A stretch of DNA of 64,000 bases, taken from positions 64,001 through 128,000 of the forward strand of contig CAVTQK010000023.1 in NCBI GenBank assembly GCA_963736855.1, read 5' to 3'. The translations under genes and the position numbers were made by a program. Under the pieces are notes generated by a model. It ran no database searches. It had not been told where the DNA came from and saw only the letters and a program-made list of their open reading frames with translations. The stretch's first letter is position 1, and the number at the start of each line of letters is the position of its first letter. This document shows, one piece after another, positions 10,860-21,134 of this stretch. Origin of the DNA: an uncultured delta proteobacterium (GTDB taxonomy: Bacteria; Desulfobacterota; Desulfobacteria; Desulfobacterales; UBA2156).

Positions 10860-11104
10860 GTTGTTGCTCCCTTTGAAGGCCGGGAAAACGCTTGGATTTC
10901 GAAAAAACCTGGGCTCATTTCCGGAACTTAACAAAGCTTGAGGTTTGGAAAACGTTTTTCCACATTGCCACCGGTTGATATTTTTAAAAAAATCCGATCT
11001 GATTCGATGTTGCATTGAATTTAAAAAATGGTTATGCATCAATTGACTCACCTTTTGGATTCTCGGTTCATTTTGCTCATAACTCCCAACGATCTGTTTA
11101 AATC

Positions 11105-12691
11105 ATGATGAATGCAGGGACCAAACCAAAGACAAAACATCCCACATTTTTTCCATATATCCAAACGGGGAGAAGCGGTATCCGAATCGATTTCTTTCCC
11201 AAGAGCGGGTCACCGAATGAAAAAAAACCTGCCTTCCCTTTTGAAACCCTGGATCATTCGGATCCACTAGCGCACATGGTCAAAGCCCACCTGGTCACCG
11301 ATGCCGGCAGTGAAATCGAACATCTTTTGATATTGCTTCAAAGAGATCAGGTACAACCTGGAGAAAATCTATCTATGCCGGCCACCAATCCGGCCATTGA
11401 ACTATGCTGGCAACGGGCATTCAGCAATTTTTCCAAGAAGGAGGCATTTGAGGGCTCCTTGATTCAATTGGGCGGTCAGTTGACGAGTGACGGCCAACTG
11501 CAACCTTTTCAGCCATTACTTTGCTGCTCTTTAAAAGAACAATTCTTTCCTCCGCCTTGTCCCATCTGCGGCGGTTTGCTCGATCTTTGCCGTGCCGACG
11601 ATATGCTTGCTTCCGCCGGCCTGCATTCTTATTCCAATTCACTTAGGCGCTATCTTTTCTGCCCTACCTGCTACGAATTATCAGGTGAAACAGACTTTTA
11701 CACCAGCCTGTCCGATCATCAAGACGGAGACCATGCAAAAAGCTATTTGCAATTAATCCGTGAGTTTAAAAAACTTGCCTTCTCAACCAGTCAGATACAC
11801 CTGTTTCCATGTCGTAATTGCCCGGAGGCTATGGATTGTTTTGAACCCAACGGACCTGTGTCTATCCGTATTTCAACGTTTGCATTTTACCCTTTCCACG
11901 TGCTTATATTTAAGTCCACTTCGGTGGATACGAATAGCCTATTCCTTTTATCAGCTGCTGAAAATGATTTTGCCTCATCGATGAAAGTGGTCGAGGATCC
12001 GCCCGGGCCGGATCAAAACCAATCGATCATGATGATTCTGAAGCGACTTATTACTCAATGGCAACCGGAAGCCGCCGAAGTTATCGAAAAAAAACTGTGC
12101 GTCGATTCCGCTGAAAAACCATCCCGGACGAGGCCACCCGATCCATCAAACGATCAGGCTGCCCATTTGCTAGAGCATAGTGGAAAACCGGATTTGGAAG
12201 AAACAATGATCGCCCACGCCAATAAGGATCGATCATTATCCGCCTCTAAAATTAATATGGCAATGAATCCGGATAATTCCGAAACATTTTTCGTAGGATC
12301 CAAACAAGCGATCAAACCAGATATGAATCAACCGGCAGAGAGTACAGATGGAAAGAACCATTCGTTTCCCTCAATACCTGATGCCATGAAACGGAATGAT
12401 ACGAAACAAGAAAATTTAAATATCATCCCTGAAACCATGATTATCCGGCCATCCGAATCCGCATTGCTCAAATCTCGAAGCACCCATCCAGCGCAAAACA
12501 TCAAAACCCGATTGCCAAAGAAATCAAAGAGTGACCTGCTGAACGATGCGGACCTACTCATTAAAAATGTTAAGGAACTCGACAATCTTCCGGATCAGGG
12601 CGAAGCTTTTCTAGGACTTTCAGACTTGGCATGGATCAGGTCGATCAGGTATTTGTGGGGGAAAAAAGCCTCCCTTCGGCAACCCCCATGA
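11105..12691 (+). CDS. Hypothetical protein: Cys-rich (putative metal-binding) N-half and low-complexity C-half
   Basis: CC, CPIC, CPTC and CRNCxxxxxC clusters. It may continue into 12631-13512 through a frameshift. Confidence 0.7.
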   Translation: MMNAGTKPKTKHPTFFPYIQTGRSGIRIDFFPKSGSPNEKKPAFPFETLDHSDPLAHMVKAHLVTDAGSEIEHLLILLQRDQVQPGENLSMPATNPAIELCWQRAFSNFSKKEAFEGSLIQLGGQLTSDGQLQPFQPLLCCSLKEQFFPPPCPICGGLLDLCRADDMLASAGLHSYSNSLRRYLFCPTCYELSGETDFYTSLSDHQDGDHAKSYLQLIREFKKLAFSTSQIHLFPCRNCPEAMDCFEPNGPVSIRISTFAFYPFHVLIFKSTSVDTNSLFLLSAAENDFASSMKVVEDPPGPDQNQSIMMILKRLITQWQPEAAEVIEKKLCVDSAEKPSRTRPPDPSNDQAAHLLEHSGKPDLEETMIAHANKDRSLSASKINMAMNPDNSETFFVGSKQAIKPDMNQPAESTDGKNHSFPSIPDAMKRNDTKQENLNIIPETMIIRPSESALLKSRSTHPAQNIKTRLPKKSKSDLLNDADLLIKNVKELDNLPDQGEAFLGLSDLAWIRSIRYLWGKKASLRQPP

Positions 12692-13512
12692 AAATTCAGG
12701 AGTTATCCAAGCTCAGTGGTGAAAATCAACTGGATAAAACCATTAACGTTCAGCCGAAAAAGGCTGAAAACGAAAAAAATGGGGCTCCGGCAAAGGTGTC
12801 ACCGTTAAAATTGATCGCGGAAATCAAAGAAATCTATTCGGGCAATCCCCTCGATGCAGAATCACGGATTCAAATTCATCTTAGGGATCGACTCGGTTCC
12901 GTATCTCAGGCCGATCGGATCAACATGCTGCAACAAATTGCGGAGCGATTGAATGAAAAGGCTAAGGTAGAGACGTCGGAACCCGAAATTCAACAGAACA
13001 TTATGGCCTCCCTGTTTACATTGCTTCTTGGAAAAAAGGCTTCCCTCACGGACCTTAAATCGGAAGAGCAACTGGAAACTCTGGCCCAGGCTTTAAATAC
13101 GATTTTTGATACGCTCAACAAGCTCATCGATGTCATCAACAGGACCCTTGTGGGTACTTCATCACAACAAGAAACCATCCGAGGTCTTATTGGCAAAAGC
13201 CTGTCGAACCAATCAGCGAATGTTTCCCTGGTTGAATATTTGGGACAGATCGAGCAAGCTTTTCTGCTGTCTCAAAAAGCTTTGAAGGAGGCTGCCCGAA
13301 CCACCGTGGAAGATATTTTGTCCGAGCTTGATCCTAACCGCATCGAAGCGGAAAGTCGGAAAGGCTGGTTCGGTCCATTTCGGAAAGCGGACATTCTCGG
13401 CATTTTTAAAGAAAAACACCAGCGCTGCCGCCATTGGCACGAATCGGGCCGTTTTGAGGAAAGACTGCTCAGAGAATTTGAAAAAAGCTGTTCCAAGCAT
13501 TTTCGGTCCTGA
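12631..13512 (+). CDS. T6SS-associated protein resembling the TagH/Fha C-terminal domain, without an FHA domain
   Basis: C-terminus ALKEAARTTVEDILSELDPNRIEAE...FRKADILGIFKEKH...LLREFEK resembles the TagH C-terminal helical domain. Start uncertain (12631, 12688, or fused to the upstream ORF). Confidence 0.55.
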   Translation: MDQVDQVFVGEKSLPSATPMKIQELSKLSGENQLDKTINVQPKKAENEKNGAPAKVSPLKLIAEIKEIYSGNPLDAESRIQIHLRDRLGSVSQADRINMLQQIAERLNEKAKVETSEPEIQQNIMASLFTLLLGKKASLTDLKSEEQLETLAQALNTIFDTLNKLIDVINRTLVGTSSQQETIRGLIGKSLSNQSANVSLVEYLGQIEQAFLLSQKALKEAARTTVEDILSELDPNRIEAESRKGWFGPFRKADILGIFKEKHQRCRHWHESGRFEERLLREFEKSCSKHFRS

Positions 13513-13542
13513 TTGACTTATATTATGTTTTTTGTATATATT
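13513..13542 (+). promoter_or_regulatory. Putative sigma70 promoter upstream of the tssJ operon
   Basis: TTGACT followed by TATATA (16 nt spacer) or TATATT (18 nt spacer) in an AT-rich gap. Confidence 0.35.
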
Positions 13543-13795
13543 GAAGTTCGTATGGTACATATTTCAAATCTAATGAAAAATAGCCTTTTTTCAGCTGGTT
13601 GCTGAAGCTGAGAAACAAGGAAATCACCAACGCCGAAATGCCAAACAAAAGGCTCAGGCATAACCTTTCCGACAAATAATTTTAAAAGATAAAGGCAACC
13701 GCCGGATCTATAATCAGCGTCATTGAGACATGACATAGTCACACCATTTTATGAGAGGGCGTTTATTCCATCATCTATAATGAAGGAGGACCCCA

Positions 13796-14350
13796 TTGAA
13801 AAAAGGTGCCCATCTCTATTGTATGGTATTTATCCTGGTTTCAATCGTTTCTTGCGCTCACCAAGCACCGCCAGTTCCCCAATGGAATTATGAGCGGGAA
13901 GCGATCCACTTGCGGATCAATGCGGACGCCAATTTAAACCTGCACGAAGGCAAGCCTCACACACTGATGATCTGTATCTATCAGCTCGTTCGAAAAACCG
14001 CCTTTAATTCTCTGGCCGAGGAGATAGACGGTCGCTATAAGTTACTTGAGTGCCAACCTTTTGATGCGACGGTAGCTGGTACCAAACAGCTGATTATCCA
14101 CCCGGGTGATAACTTAAATTTATTGTTGGATCGTCTAGAAGGGGCCAGACATCTGGCCATTGTGGCCGGTTATTATCTACTGGAGAAAAAACGTATTATC
14201 CGCGTTGTGGATTTTCCGGTGGTTACCGAAAAACAAGGATTTATGGGAAGCACAGCAACCGCTCGGGTCGATAAGCTGAATCTGGAGGTGGTTTTCGGTG
14301 ACCAGCAAATCAACGAGATTCAAGCGAAACCCTCTAAAGGAGCACAATAG
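13796..14350 (+). CDS. tssJ: T6SS lipoprotein TssJ/VasD
   Basis: Lipobox IVSC, ADANLN...GKPH...IYQL, GARHLAIVAGYY. It precedes tssK. Confidence 0.88.
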   Translation: MKKGAHLYCMVFILVSIVSCAHQAPPVPQWNYEREAIHLRINADANLNLHEGKPHTLMICIYQLVRKTAFNSLAEEIDGRYKLLECQPFDATVAGTKQLIIHPGDNLNLLLDRLEGARHLAIVAGYYLLEKKRIIRVVDFPVVTEKQGFMGSTATARVDKLNLEVVFGDQQINEIQAKPSKGAQ

Positions 14351-14353
14351 GTT

Positions 14354-15739
14354 ATGGACAGACCGGTCTTCTGGCATGAAGGACTCTTTCTTCAGCCTCA
14401 GCACCTCCAGTTGGAACATCAATTTTTCCGCTCCCTGTTTGCACCATTTTATCAATTCGTCACACCCCATTTCTGGGGAATCGGTACGATACAAATCGCC
14501 GAAGCTGGGCTGGGTAACTTCTTATTTGACCTTTCCGCTTGCGAATTGGTTCTTCCGGATAACACCCACTTGGTCTACCCGGGAAATGCACTTTTTGAAT
14601 CCAGATCCTTCGAGGACGCCTGGATCGATGGTGGAAAGCCGTTTACCGTTTATCTGGGGTTAAGAAAGCTGGATCGGTCCGGGGAGAATGTTACGGTCCT
14701 TTCCAACTTGGATAATATCTCCGATATCGTCAGCCGCTACGTCACCGCAACAGACCCTGAAGAGATTCGAAGCATATATGAAGATGGACCACCGGGCAAT
14801 GTTAGACGTCTTTATTACGTATTGAAGATTTTCTGGGAAACGGAAATGGATCAGGCCGATGACTATGTCACAGTGCCGGTAGCAAAATTGGTCCGAACCG
14901 GCGATAGCATCGGTTTATCCAAGGTCTACGCCCCACCCTCCCTAGTTCTGTCCGCAACACCGGCACTGGAGAAATTGATCAAGGAAGTTCGCGATCAAAT
15001 CGCAGCACGTGGCCGCCAGCTCGAGGCATACAAAAGGGAGCGGGGTATACACACAGCGGAATTCAGCGCCCGGGACATGGTCTATCTCCTGGCATTGCGA
15101 ACGCTTAACCGCTATGCTCCGTTTCTTTTTCATATCACGGACACACCCCGCGTCCATCCATGGGCGGTTTACGGCCTGTTGCGCCAGGTGATCGGCGAAT
15201 TATCGGCGTTTTCCGAACAGGTCAGCGCTATGGGCGAAATGGCCGACGGTTCCTATCAGGTACCTGCGTATGACCATCGCCGCCTTTGGGAATGTTTTTC
15301 GGCGGCCCGATCGGTGATTATCCGGCTTCTGGATGAAATCACCGCCGGACCTGAATATGTGATCCAACTTATTTCCGATGGAACATACTATGCAGCCGAT
15401 CTCACCCCCCAGATATTTGAAGGAAGGAACCATTTTTATCTTGTCCTGGATACCGATACGCCGCAAGATGCTCTGCTGAAGTCTTTAGCGACCACCGGGA
15501 AACTCAGTGCAAAGGAATCGCTTCCCATACTGATTGCCCGGGCGCTGCCGGGAATTCAACTAACCCACTTACCCGACCCGCCTCAGGAGCTGCCCCGCCG
15601 GTCTCGGGCCACATACCTAAAAATCGATACCCATAATGATCAATGGCAAAAGGTCCTTAAATTTAACAATATCGCAATGTTCTGGGATACCGCTCCGAAC
15701 GATTTAAAGATCGAGTTGATGGTTTCAGGGAGAGACTGA
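14354..15739 (+). CDS. tssK: T6SS baseplate subunit TssK
   Basis: VFWHEGLFLQPQHLQ, ALPGIQLTHLPDPPQELP. Confidence 0.95.
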   Translation: MDRPVFWHEGLFLQPQHLQLEHQFFRSLFAPFYQFVTPHFWGIGTIQIAEAGLGNFLFDLSACELVLPDNTHLVYPGNALFESRSFEDAWIDGGKPFTVYLGLRKLDRSGENVTVLSNLDNISDIVSRYVTATDPEEIRSIYEDGPPGNVRRLYYVLKIFWETEMDQADDYVTVPVAKLVRTGDSIGLSKVYAPPSLVLSATPALEKLIKEVRDQIAARGRQLEAYKRERGIHTAEFSARDMVYLLALRTLNRYAPFLFHITDTPRVHPWAVYGLLRQVIGELSAFSEQVSAMGEMADGSYQVPAYDHRRLWECFSAARSVIIRLLDEITAGPEYVIQLISDGTYYAADLTPQIFEGRNHFYLVLDTDTPQDALLKSLATTGKLSAKESLPILIARALPGIQLTHLPDPPQELPRRSRATYLKIDTHNDQWQKVLKFNNIAMFWDTAPNDLKIELMVSGRD

Positions 15740-15741
15740 TC

Positions 15742-16413
15742 ATGCGTTTGATGGACAGTTTTATCGAGCTGGTGGCCTATGTCGTTTACTTTAAAAAGGC
15801 GGTCGGGGAGCGTCAACCGCCTTACGATCAGGTAAAAAGGGATATTGAACGGTTTATCTCAGTAAGCCAAAACAGGGCTATCCAAAGTTCGGCATCGTCG
15901 GATGACTACGATCAGGCCCGGTTTGCCGTCTTTGCCTGGGTGGACGAGGTAATATTAAGTTCGAACTGGTCCCAAAAAAATCGTTGGCAGGGAGAACAGC
16001 TGCAGCGAATCTATTTTCAGACCACCGATGCGGGTGAACTTTTTTTCAAACGTTTAAACGACCTCGGCCCCCATCAGCGGGATGTTCGGGAAGTATATTA
16101 TATTTGTCTGGCCCTGGGATTTATGGGGCGTTATTGTCATGATGGAGATGAGTATTTACTCGATCAACTCCGAACATCGAATTTGAAACTTTTAACCGGC
16201 AGCGCCGTGGGTCCGCCGTCTGTCAGCGGTACGATTCTATTTTCAGGGGCTTATCCCACCACGACCGAAACGCCGATGGTTTCAGGAAAAAACCTCAGTC
16301 TGTTTTCCGCCTTTACTCTTTTTTGTATCGCTTTTCCGGTGATTCTCTTCGGCGCCCTTTTCTTGATCTATCGATTCATTTTAAACAACATAAGCCAAGG
16401 ATTTCTTTTATAG
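15742..16413 (+). CDS. tssL: T6SS membrane protein TssL/DotU (no OmpA domain)
   Basis: ARFAVFAWVDE, AGELFFKRL, EVYYICLALGFMGRY, C-terminal TM. Confidence 0.93.
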   Translation: MRLMDSFIELVAYVVYFKKAVGERQPPYDQVKRDIERFISVSQNRAIQSSASSDDYDQARFAVFAWVDEVILSSNWSQKNRWQGEQLQRIYFQTTDAGELFFKRLNDLGPHQRDVREVYYICLALGFMGRYCHDGDEYLLDQLRTSNLKLLTGSAVGPPSVSGTILFSGAYPTTTETPMVSGKNLSLFSAFTLFCIAFPVILFGALFLIYRFILNNISQGFLL

Positions 16414-16422
16414 GTTCCTGAG

Positions 16423-19400
16423 ATGAAAACCAAGTTAATCAAAGTATTAAAAATCTTCCTCGTCGTCACACTGGTGCTGCTCGTTATCCTGATCATATTC
16501 GGCCTTGTGTTGACCTTGGGTTGGCCATGGTGGATGGGGGGGTTCATTCTGGCCGGCATCGTTGGACTCATACTGATCCTGCTGTTTATGCGAAGGATTC
16601 TGTTGAAAAGGCGAGAGAAACATTTTGTGAACCAAGTCATCGCCCAAGACGAGGCATCATTAAAACATGTGGATATGGGTGAAGCCGAACGTCTTCGTGA
16701 TCTTCAGACACGCTGGAAAGAGGCCATCGATACCCTGAAATCCTCTCATTTGAAGCGTTACGGAAATCCGTTATACGTCTTGCCGTGGTATTTGGTTATC
16801 GGTGAAAGCGGTTCCGGCAAGACCACTGCTATTAAAAATGCCGGCCTCTCATCTCCGTTTGCCGAAGTCAGTCGAACATCCGGGCTTTCCGGCACTCGCA
16901 ATTGCGACTGGTGGTTCTTCGAACAGGCTGTCCTGCTGGATACAGCCGGTCGGTATGCCATTCCCGTGGATGAAGGTCGCGACCGGGATGAATGGCATCA
17001 ATTTTTATCTCTTTTAGCCAGATTTAGGAAAAAGGAGCCCCTAAACGGATTGGTCGTGACCGTTGCCGCCGACAAGCTGCTTCAATCCAATGCGGAACAT
17101 CTGGAAGAATTCGGATCAAGCATCCGAAAGCGTATTGATGAACTCATGCGAATTCTGGGAACGAAATTCCCGGTTTATATTCTTGTCACCAAATGCGACC
17201 TGATTCAGGGAATGAGCCCATTTTGCAATCGTTTCGACGATAAAACCCTCCAACAAGCCATGGGCGCCATCAACCGGGACTCCACGATCGAAATTCCCAC
17301 TTTTGTAAATCAAACGATTTCCACCATCGCAGAACGGCTGAGGGATCTTCGACTGATCCTTTTGCATAAGTCTACATCCACCGGCCATGCTCCGGTGACC
17401 GGCGACAGGATCGATCCCGCCCTGATCCTTTTTCCGGACGAATTCGAACAACTCAAATCCGGCCTGACGGCTTTCATGAAGGGGGCTTTCAAACCCAATC
17501 CTTATCAGGAAACACCCATATTAAGAGGCTTATATTTCAGCAGCGGACGTCAGGAAGGAACACCCTACTCTCATTTCTTAAAAGCCTTAGGTGTCATCGA
17601 GACTAAAGATGTCCTTCCCGGAACCGACCGGGGCCTATTCCTGAATGATTTGTTCACAAAAATTCTTCCTCACGATCGGCGATTGTTCATTCCGACAACT
17701 CGAACGATTCGATGGGGGCGTCTGACACGTAATCTCGGGTTGACCGCCTGGGTAACGGCCATTATCTCTCTGTGCGGGCTTCTGAGTTTTTCATTTGTCA
17801 AAAACATGCAAATTATTCGGGGAGTACCTGCCGAATTTACTAAACCGCCGGTCTTTGAGGATAAAGTATTGTCCAATCTCTCCACGATGAACCGCTTTCG
17901 ACAAACGGTTCTGGATATCGAAAAGCAAAACAAAGGCTGGTGGCTGCCCCGTTTCGGTTTAAACAAAAGCAAAAAAGTGGAAACACGCCTCAAAAATACC
18001 TATTGTCGCACTTTCTCCGAATCCCTATCCGCCGCCTATGACCTTGGCCTGGAAGACTCCTTGGCCGGTTTAGATAAGGATATCTCGGAAAAGACCGTCG
18101 GCCGTTATGCGGCCCATTTGGCCAGGCGAATCAACCTGCTGAAAGCGCGTCTGGCCGGAGTTGGATTTGAGGAACTTCAGAATCGTCCCCACCCGATTTA
18201 TAGCCCCGATCTGATAATGGCCGATGCAGCCCTCCAGGCTGAACTCACTTCTCAATTCAACCTGTTAAATGACAATTATTTGGTCTGGCAGGAAAAAACT
18301 GATGTGTTCAATGAAGAGATGCAGCGTCTTCAGAGCTGGCTGAAATATATCATGACAAAAAAATCTGATAATATTTACTGGTTAGTGGCTTGGTTAAACA
18401 GCCAGCCGGAATTGGAATATATCACTCTTGAAGATTTTTGGGGAGATCGGCTGAAAAATCCGGACGACATCACGATCCCGCCGGCCTTTACGATGGAGGG
18501 GAAAAAACAGATTTATAACCTGATAGCAGAGATTGAAGCAGCCTTGCCCGACCCCACGATCTTCACCGAAAAAAAACCTGATTTTGACCGATGGTATCAT
18601 GCCTCCTACGCCAAGATATGGCGGGATTTTGCCAGTGCTTTTCCTAAGGGCGAATATTGGCTGGCCGATAAAACCGCGTGGCAACAGGCGGCCCTTAAAA
18701 TGACCAACGATGAAAGTCCCTATTTTACATTTCTGGACATCCTCGCCGTACAACTTACGGCCCTTGACAAGGAAAAAGAGCAAATACCCTGGATTCATTT
18801 GGTTCACGGTTTTAAAGCAGCTAAAATCCAGGCAGTCGGAGATGAATCGATAAAGAAGCTGGGCGTTATTGCAAAAGCGACCCAGACGGGGGGAAGCCTT
18901 CTGAAAAAACTTCAAAAAGTCGAAAAACAAGTCGAAAAAATCGGCGGAGGGAGCCCTCTGGATGCCCAGCTTTTGGCTGCCAAGTCCTATCAGGCCTATC
19001 GCAAGGCCTTAAGCGACATTGCGTTAGCTGCCGAATCCCGAAAAGTATCCTATGAGCTGACCGTTGCTTACTTCAAGGAAGACCCGGCGACCAGTGAATC
19101 TCCATTTTTTGTCGCCCACAAGGCGCTGAAAAATCTTCAAAATGCCCTGGAAACCGATCAGACGACTTATCAGAAAATATTCTGGGACCTCGCCTCTGGA
19201 CCACTTTATTTTATACGTGATTACGTCAACTTGGAAACCGCCTGTCATTTAAACAGCCTTTGGGAAAAGGATGTTTTGTTTGAAATACAGGGAATCAAAG
19301 ATAAAACACGAATTCATGACCTTCTTTTTGGCACGGACGGGTATGCCATCAAGTTCATCAACGGCCCGGCAGCCCCCTTTCTCAGCCGCAGTCTGGAAAA

Positions 19401-20349
19401 AGGTTTTTTTGCCCGATCATCACTCGGGCGATTGCTGCCTTTTAAGACTGATTTCCTTGAATTCATCACTCGCAGCATCGAGATGGCAAAGCATAAGAAT
19501 GCAGTTGATTTAGATGCTAGGCTGGATGCCTTATCCGAAACTCCTGGTGAAACCGAAGCACTGCTTGAGCTATTATTTTTAAGAGATTATGAAAAAACAC
19601 CGATAAAGCCGCCGAAAGCGGAACCATCGGAACCGAAACCCCCTCCGCTGGTGTTGAAAGACAAATATCTCGTTTCGATTACAGGTCTGCCTACCGATAC
19701 CAACACTGAGTCTCGGATTAAACCCCATGCCACAACGCTGACGCTCCGCTGTGGCGACCAGCAGACCCAACTGATCAATATGAACTTTCCAGTCAAAAAA
19801 ACCTTCGTTTGGGTTCCTGAAACCTGTACCGATGTCATCCTGAAAATTGAAATTGGGAGCCACATATTAATGCGGCAATATTCCGGGCAACTGGCTTTCC
19901 CCGAATTCCTCAAGGAATTTTCCGGCGGCAGACGAACATTTACTTTAGACGAGTTCAGCGAAAACACGGATGCACTCAAGAGACAAGGGGTTGAACATAT
20001 CAAGGTAAACTTTCAGTTCGATGGATATCAACCGGTGGTAGCGATTATTACGGATAAAGAGGAGCGGGAAAAGAAAAAGAAAGAAGCTCTGGGAATCGCT
20101 GAGGCAGCCCAAAAGGCATCCCAAGCCCGGGATGCCCGTGAAAAAACGGAACAACCCCAGGCATCGATGAATATCCAAGAAATTCTGGAACAAAGGGAGG
20201 CCAAACAGGCCTTAAAAGAGCTGAGAGAACGTCAGAATAAAGAACGACTGCAGAAAGAGAAGGAACTTTTGACCCAGAAAGTCAAACAAGCCTGGGAGGC
20301 CAGGATTCCTGATATACCCCGGGATATTGTAGCGTGCTGGGATCATTAA
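16423..20349 (+). CDS. tssM: T6SS membrane complex protein TssM/IcmF
   Basis: N-terminal TMs, LPWYLVIGESGSGKTT, CDWWF, DTAGRY, TKCDLI, LRGLYFSSG. Confidence 0.93.
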   Translation: MKTKLIKVLKIFLVVTLVLLVILIIFGLVLTLGWPWWMGGFILAGIVGLILILLFMRRILLKRREKHFVNQVIAQDEASLKHVDMGEAERLRDLQTRWKEAIDTLKSSHLKRYGNPLYVLPWYLVIGESGSGKTTAIKNAGLSSPFAEVSRTSGLSGTRNCDWWFFEQAVLLDTAGRYAIPVDEGRDRDEWHQFLSLLARFRKKEPLNGLVVTVAADKLLQSNAEHLEEFGSSIRKRIDELMRILGTKFPVYILVTKCDLIQGMSPFCNRFDDKTLQQAMGAINRDSTIEIPTFVNQTISTIAERLRDLRLILLHKSTSTGHAPVTGDRIDPALILFPDEFEQLKSGLTAFMKGAFKPNPYQETPILRGLYFSSGRQEGTPYSHFLKALGVIETKDVLPGTDRGLFLNDLFTKILPHDRRLFIPTTRTIRWGRLTRNLGLTAWVTAIISLCGLLSFSFVKNMQIIRGVPAEFTKPPVFEDKVLSNLSTMNRFRQTVLDIEKQNKGWWLPRFGLNKSKKVETRLKNTYCRTFSESLSAAYDLGLEDSLAGLDKDISEKTVGRYAAHLARRINLLKARLAGVGFEELQNRPHPIYSPDLIMADAALQAELTSQFNLLNDNYLVWQEKTDVFNEEMQRLQSWLKYIMTKKSDNIYWLVAWLNSQPELEYITLEDFWGDRLKNPDDITIPPAFTMEGKKQIYNLIAEIEAALPDPTIFTEKKPDFDRWYHASYAKIWRDFASAFPKGEYWLADKTAWQQAALKMTNDESPYFTFLDILAVQLTALDKEKEQIPWIHLVHGFKAAKIQAVGDESIKKLGVIAKATQTGGSLLKKLQKVEKQVEKIGGGSPLDAQLLAAKSYQAYRKALSDIALAAESRKVSYELTVAYFKEDPATSESPFFVAHKALKNLQNALETDQTTYQKIFWDLASGPLYFIRDYVNLETACHLNSLWEKDVLFEIQGIKDKTRIHDLLFGTDGYAIKFINGPAAPFLSRSLEKGFFARSSLGRLLPFKTDFLEFITRSIEMAKHKNAVDLDARLDALSETPGETEALLELLFLRDYEKTPIKPPKAEPSEPKPPPLVLKDKYLVSITGLPTDTNTESRIKPHATTLTLRCGDQQTQLINMNFPVKKTFVWVPETCTDVILKIEIGSHILMRQYSGQLAFPEFLKEFSGGRRTFTLDEFSENTDALKRQGVEHIKVNFQFDGYQPVVAIITDKEEREKKKKEALGIAEAAQKASQARDAREKTEQPQASMNIQEILEQREAKQALKELRERQNKERLQKEKELLTQKVKQAWEARIPDIPRDIVACWDH

Positions 20350-21110
20350 TCGGTATATTCAGGTGGAGCTGGACCATTTGGGGCAAACATCCTTCGGCTG
20401 GAGATTACCTGAGTGGAGGACTAAGCACTCAGGTTGAACGGGCCATTTCCGGGTGGATCCAAGAAGGATACGACCGGTTAAATGTTAAAGAAGGTGACGC
20501 GCGTATCTCATGTGCATGGCGATTTTGGACCCAGGCGACAGGCCGGCATGCCATTGCATGTGGAATTATCATTGACAGTTCTGATCGGCTGGGCCGGCCC
20601 TATCCTCTATTGATTATGGGTACCGGTAACCTCAAAGGATGGGAACGCTGTTGGGAATACCTACCGGTTGTTTTGGAGGGGCTTTGGCGTCGGATGGAGG
20701 AACTATCTGCTTTCCGTACCGAACGATTTGCAGATCTCGAACAGGCCTTGGTTAAATTCGATCCGCCCCGCGTGGACTGGTCGAACCTGAAAAAGGATCC
20801 ATTATCTGTCAACAATGAAATCATGACTTCACGTTCACAAACAAAGGATCTCCCGTTGAGTCATAATGAATACGGCGATCAGCCGTTAACTGAAACCCAT
20901 CAAATTTTCCCTTTAAAAGGCGATACCGTTAAAGCGGCGATGGAATGGCACCAACGGATCAAGGGAAAATGCCCAAAAACTCCGAATGCCCTTTTCATGG
21001 GAGGACCGGTGGCAATGCCCTATTTAGCCGTTTTTACCCGGCCGTTGTTGCCATCGGATTTTGTTCGTTTGTGGACACTGGAATCTTCGATGCCAGATGA
21101 AGCTGCTTAA
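20334..21110 (+). CDS. tagF: T6SS-associated protein TagF
   Basis: WGKHPSAGDY, WRFW, DSSDRLGRPYPL. Confidence 0.88.
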   Translation: MLGSLIGIFRWSWTIWGKHPSAGDYLSGGLSTQVERAISGWIQEGYDRLNVKEGDARISCAWRFWTQATGRHAIACGIIIDSSDRLGRPYPLLIMGTGNLKGWERCWEYLPVVLEGLWRRMEELSAFRTERFADLEQALVKFDPPRVDWSNLKKDPLSVNNEIMTSRSQTKDLPLSHNEYGDQPLTETHQIFPLKGDTVKAAMEWHQRIKGKCPKTPNALFMGGPVAMPYLAVFTRPLLPSDFVRLWTLESSMPDEAA

Positions 21111-21134
21111 AGGTTTTGTAAGGAGCCTTAGGAT

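Noticed and set aside
13518..13742. 74 aa minus-strand ORF
   Set aside because: It lies in the AT-rich tssJ upstream region and has no supporting signal.
13680..13745. c-di-GMP-I (GEMM) riboswitch suggested by AAAGGCAA
   Set aside because: The GNRA/receptor and GACGCAAAG elements were not found.
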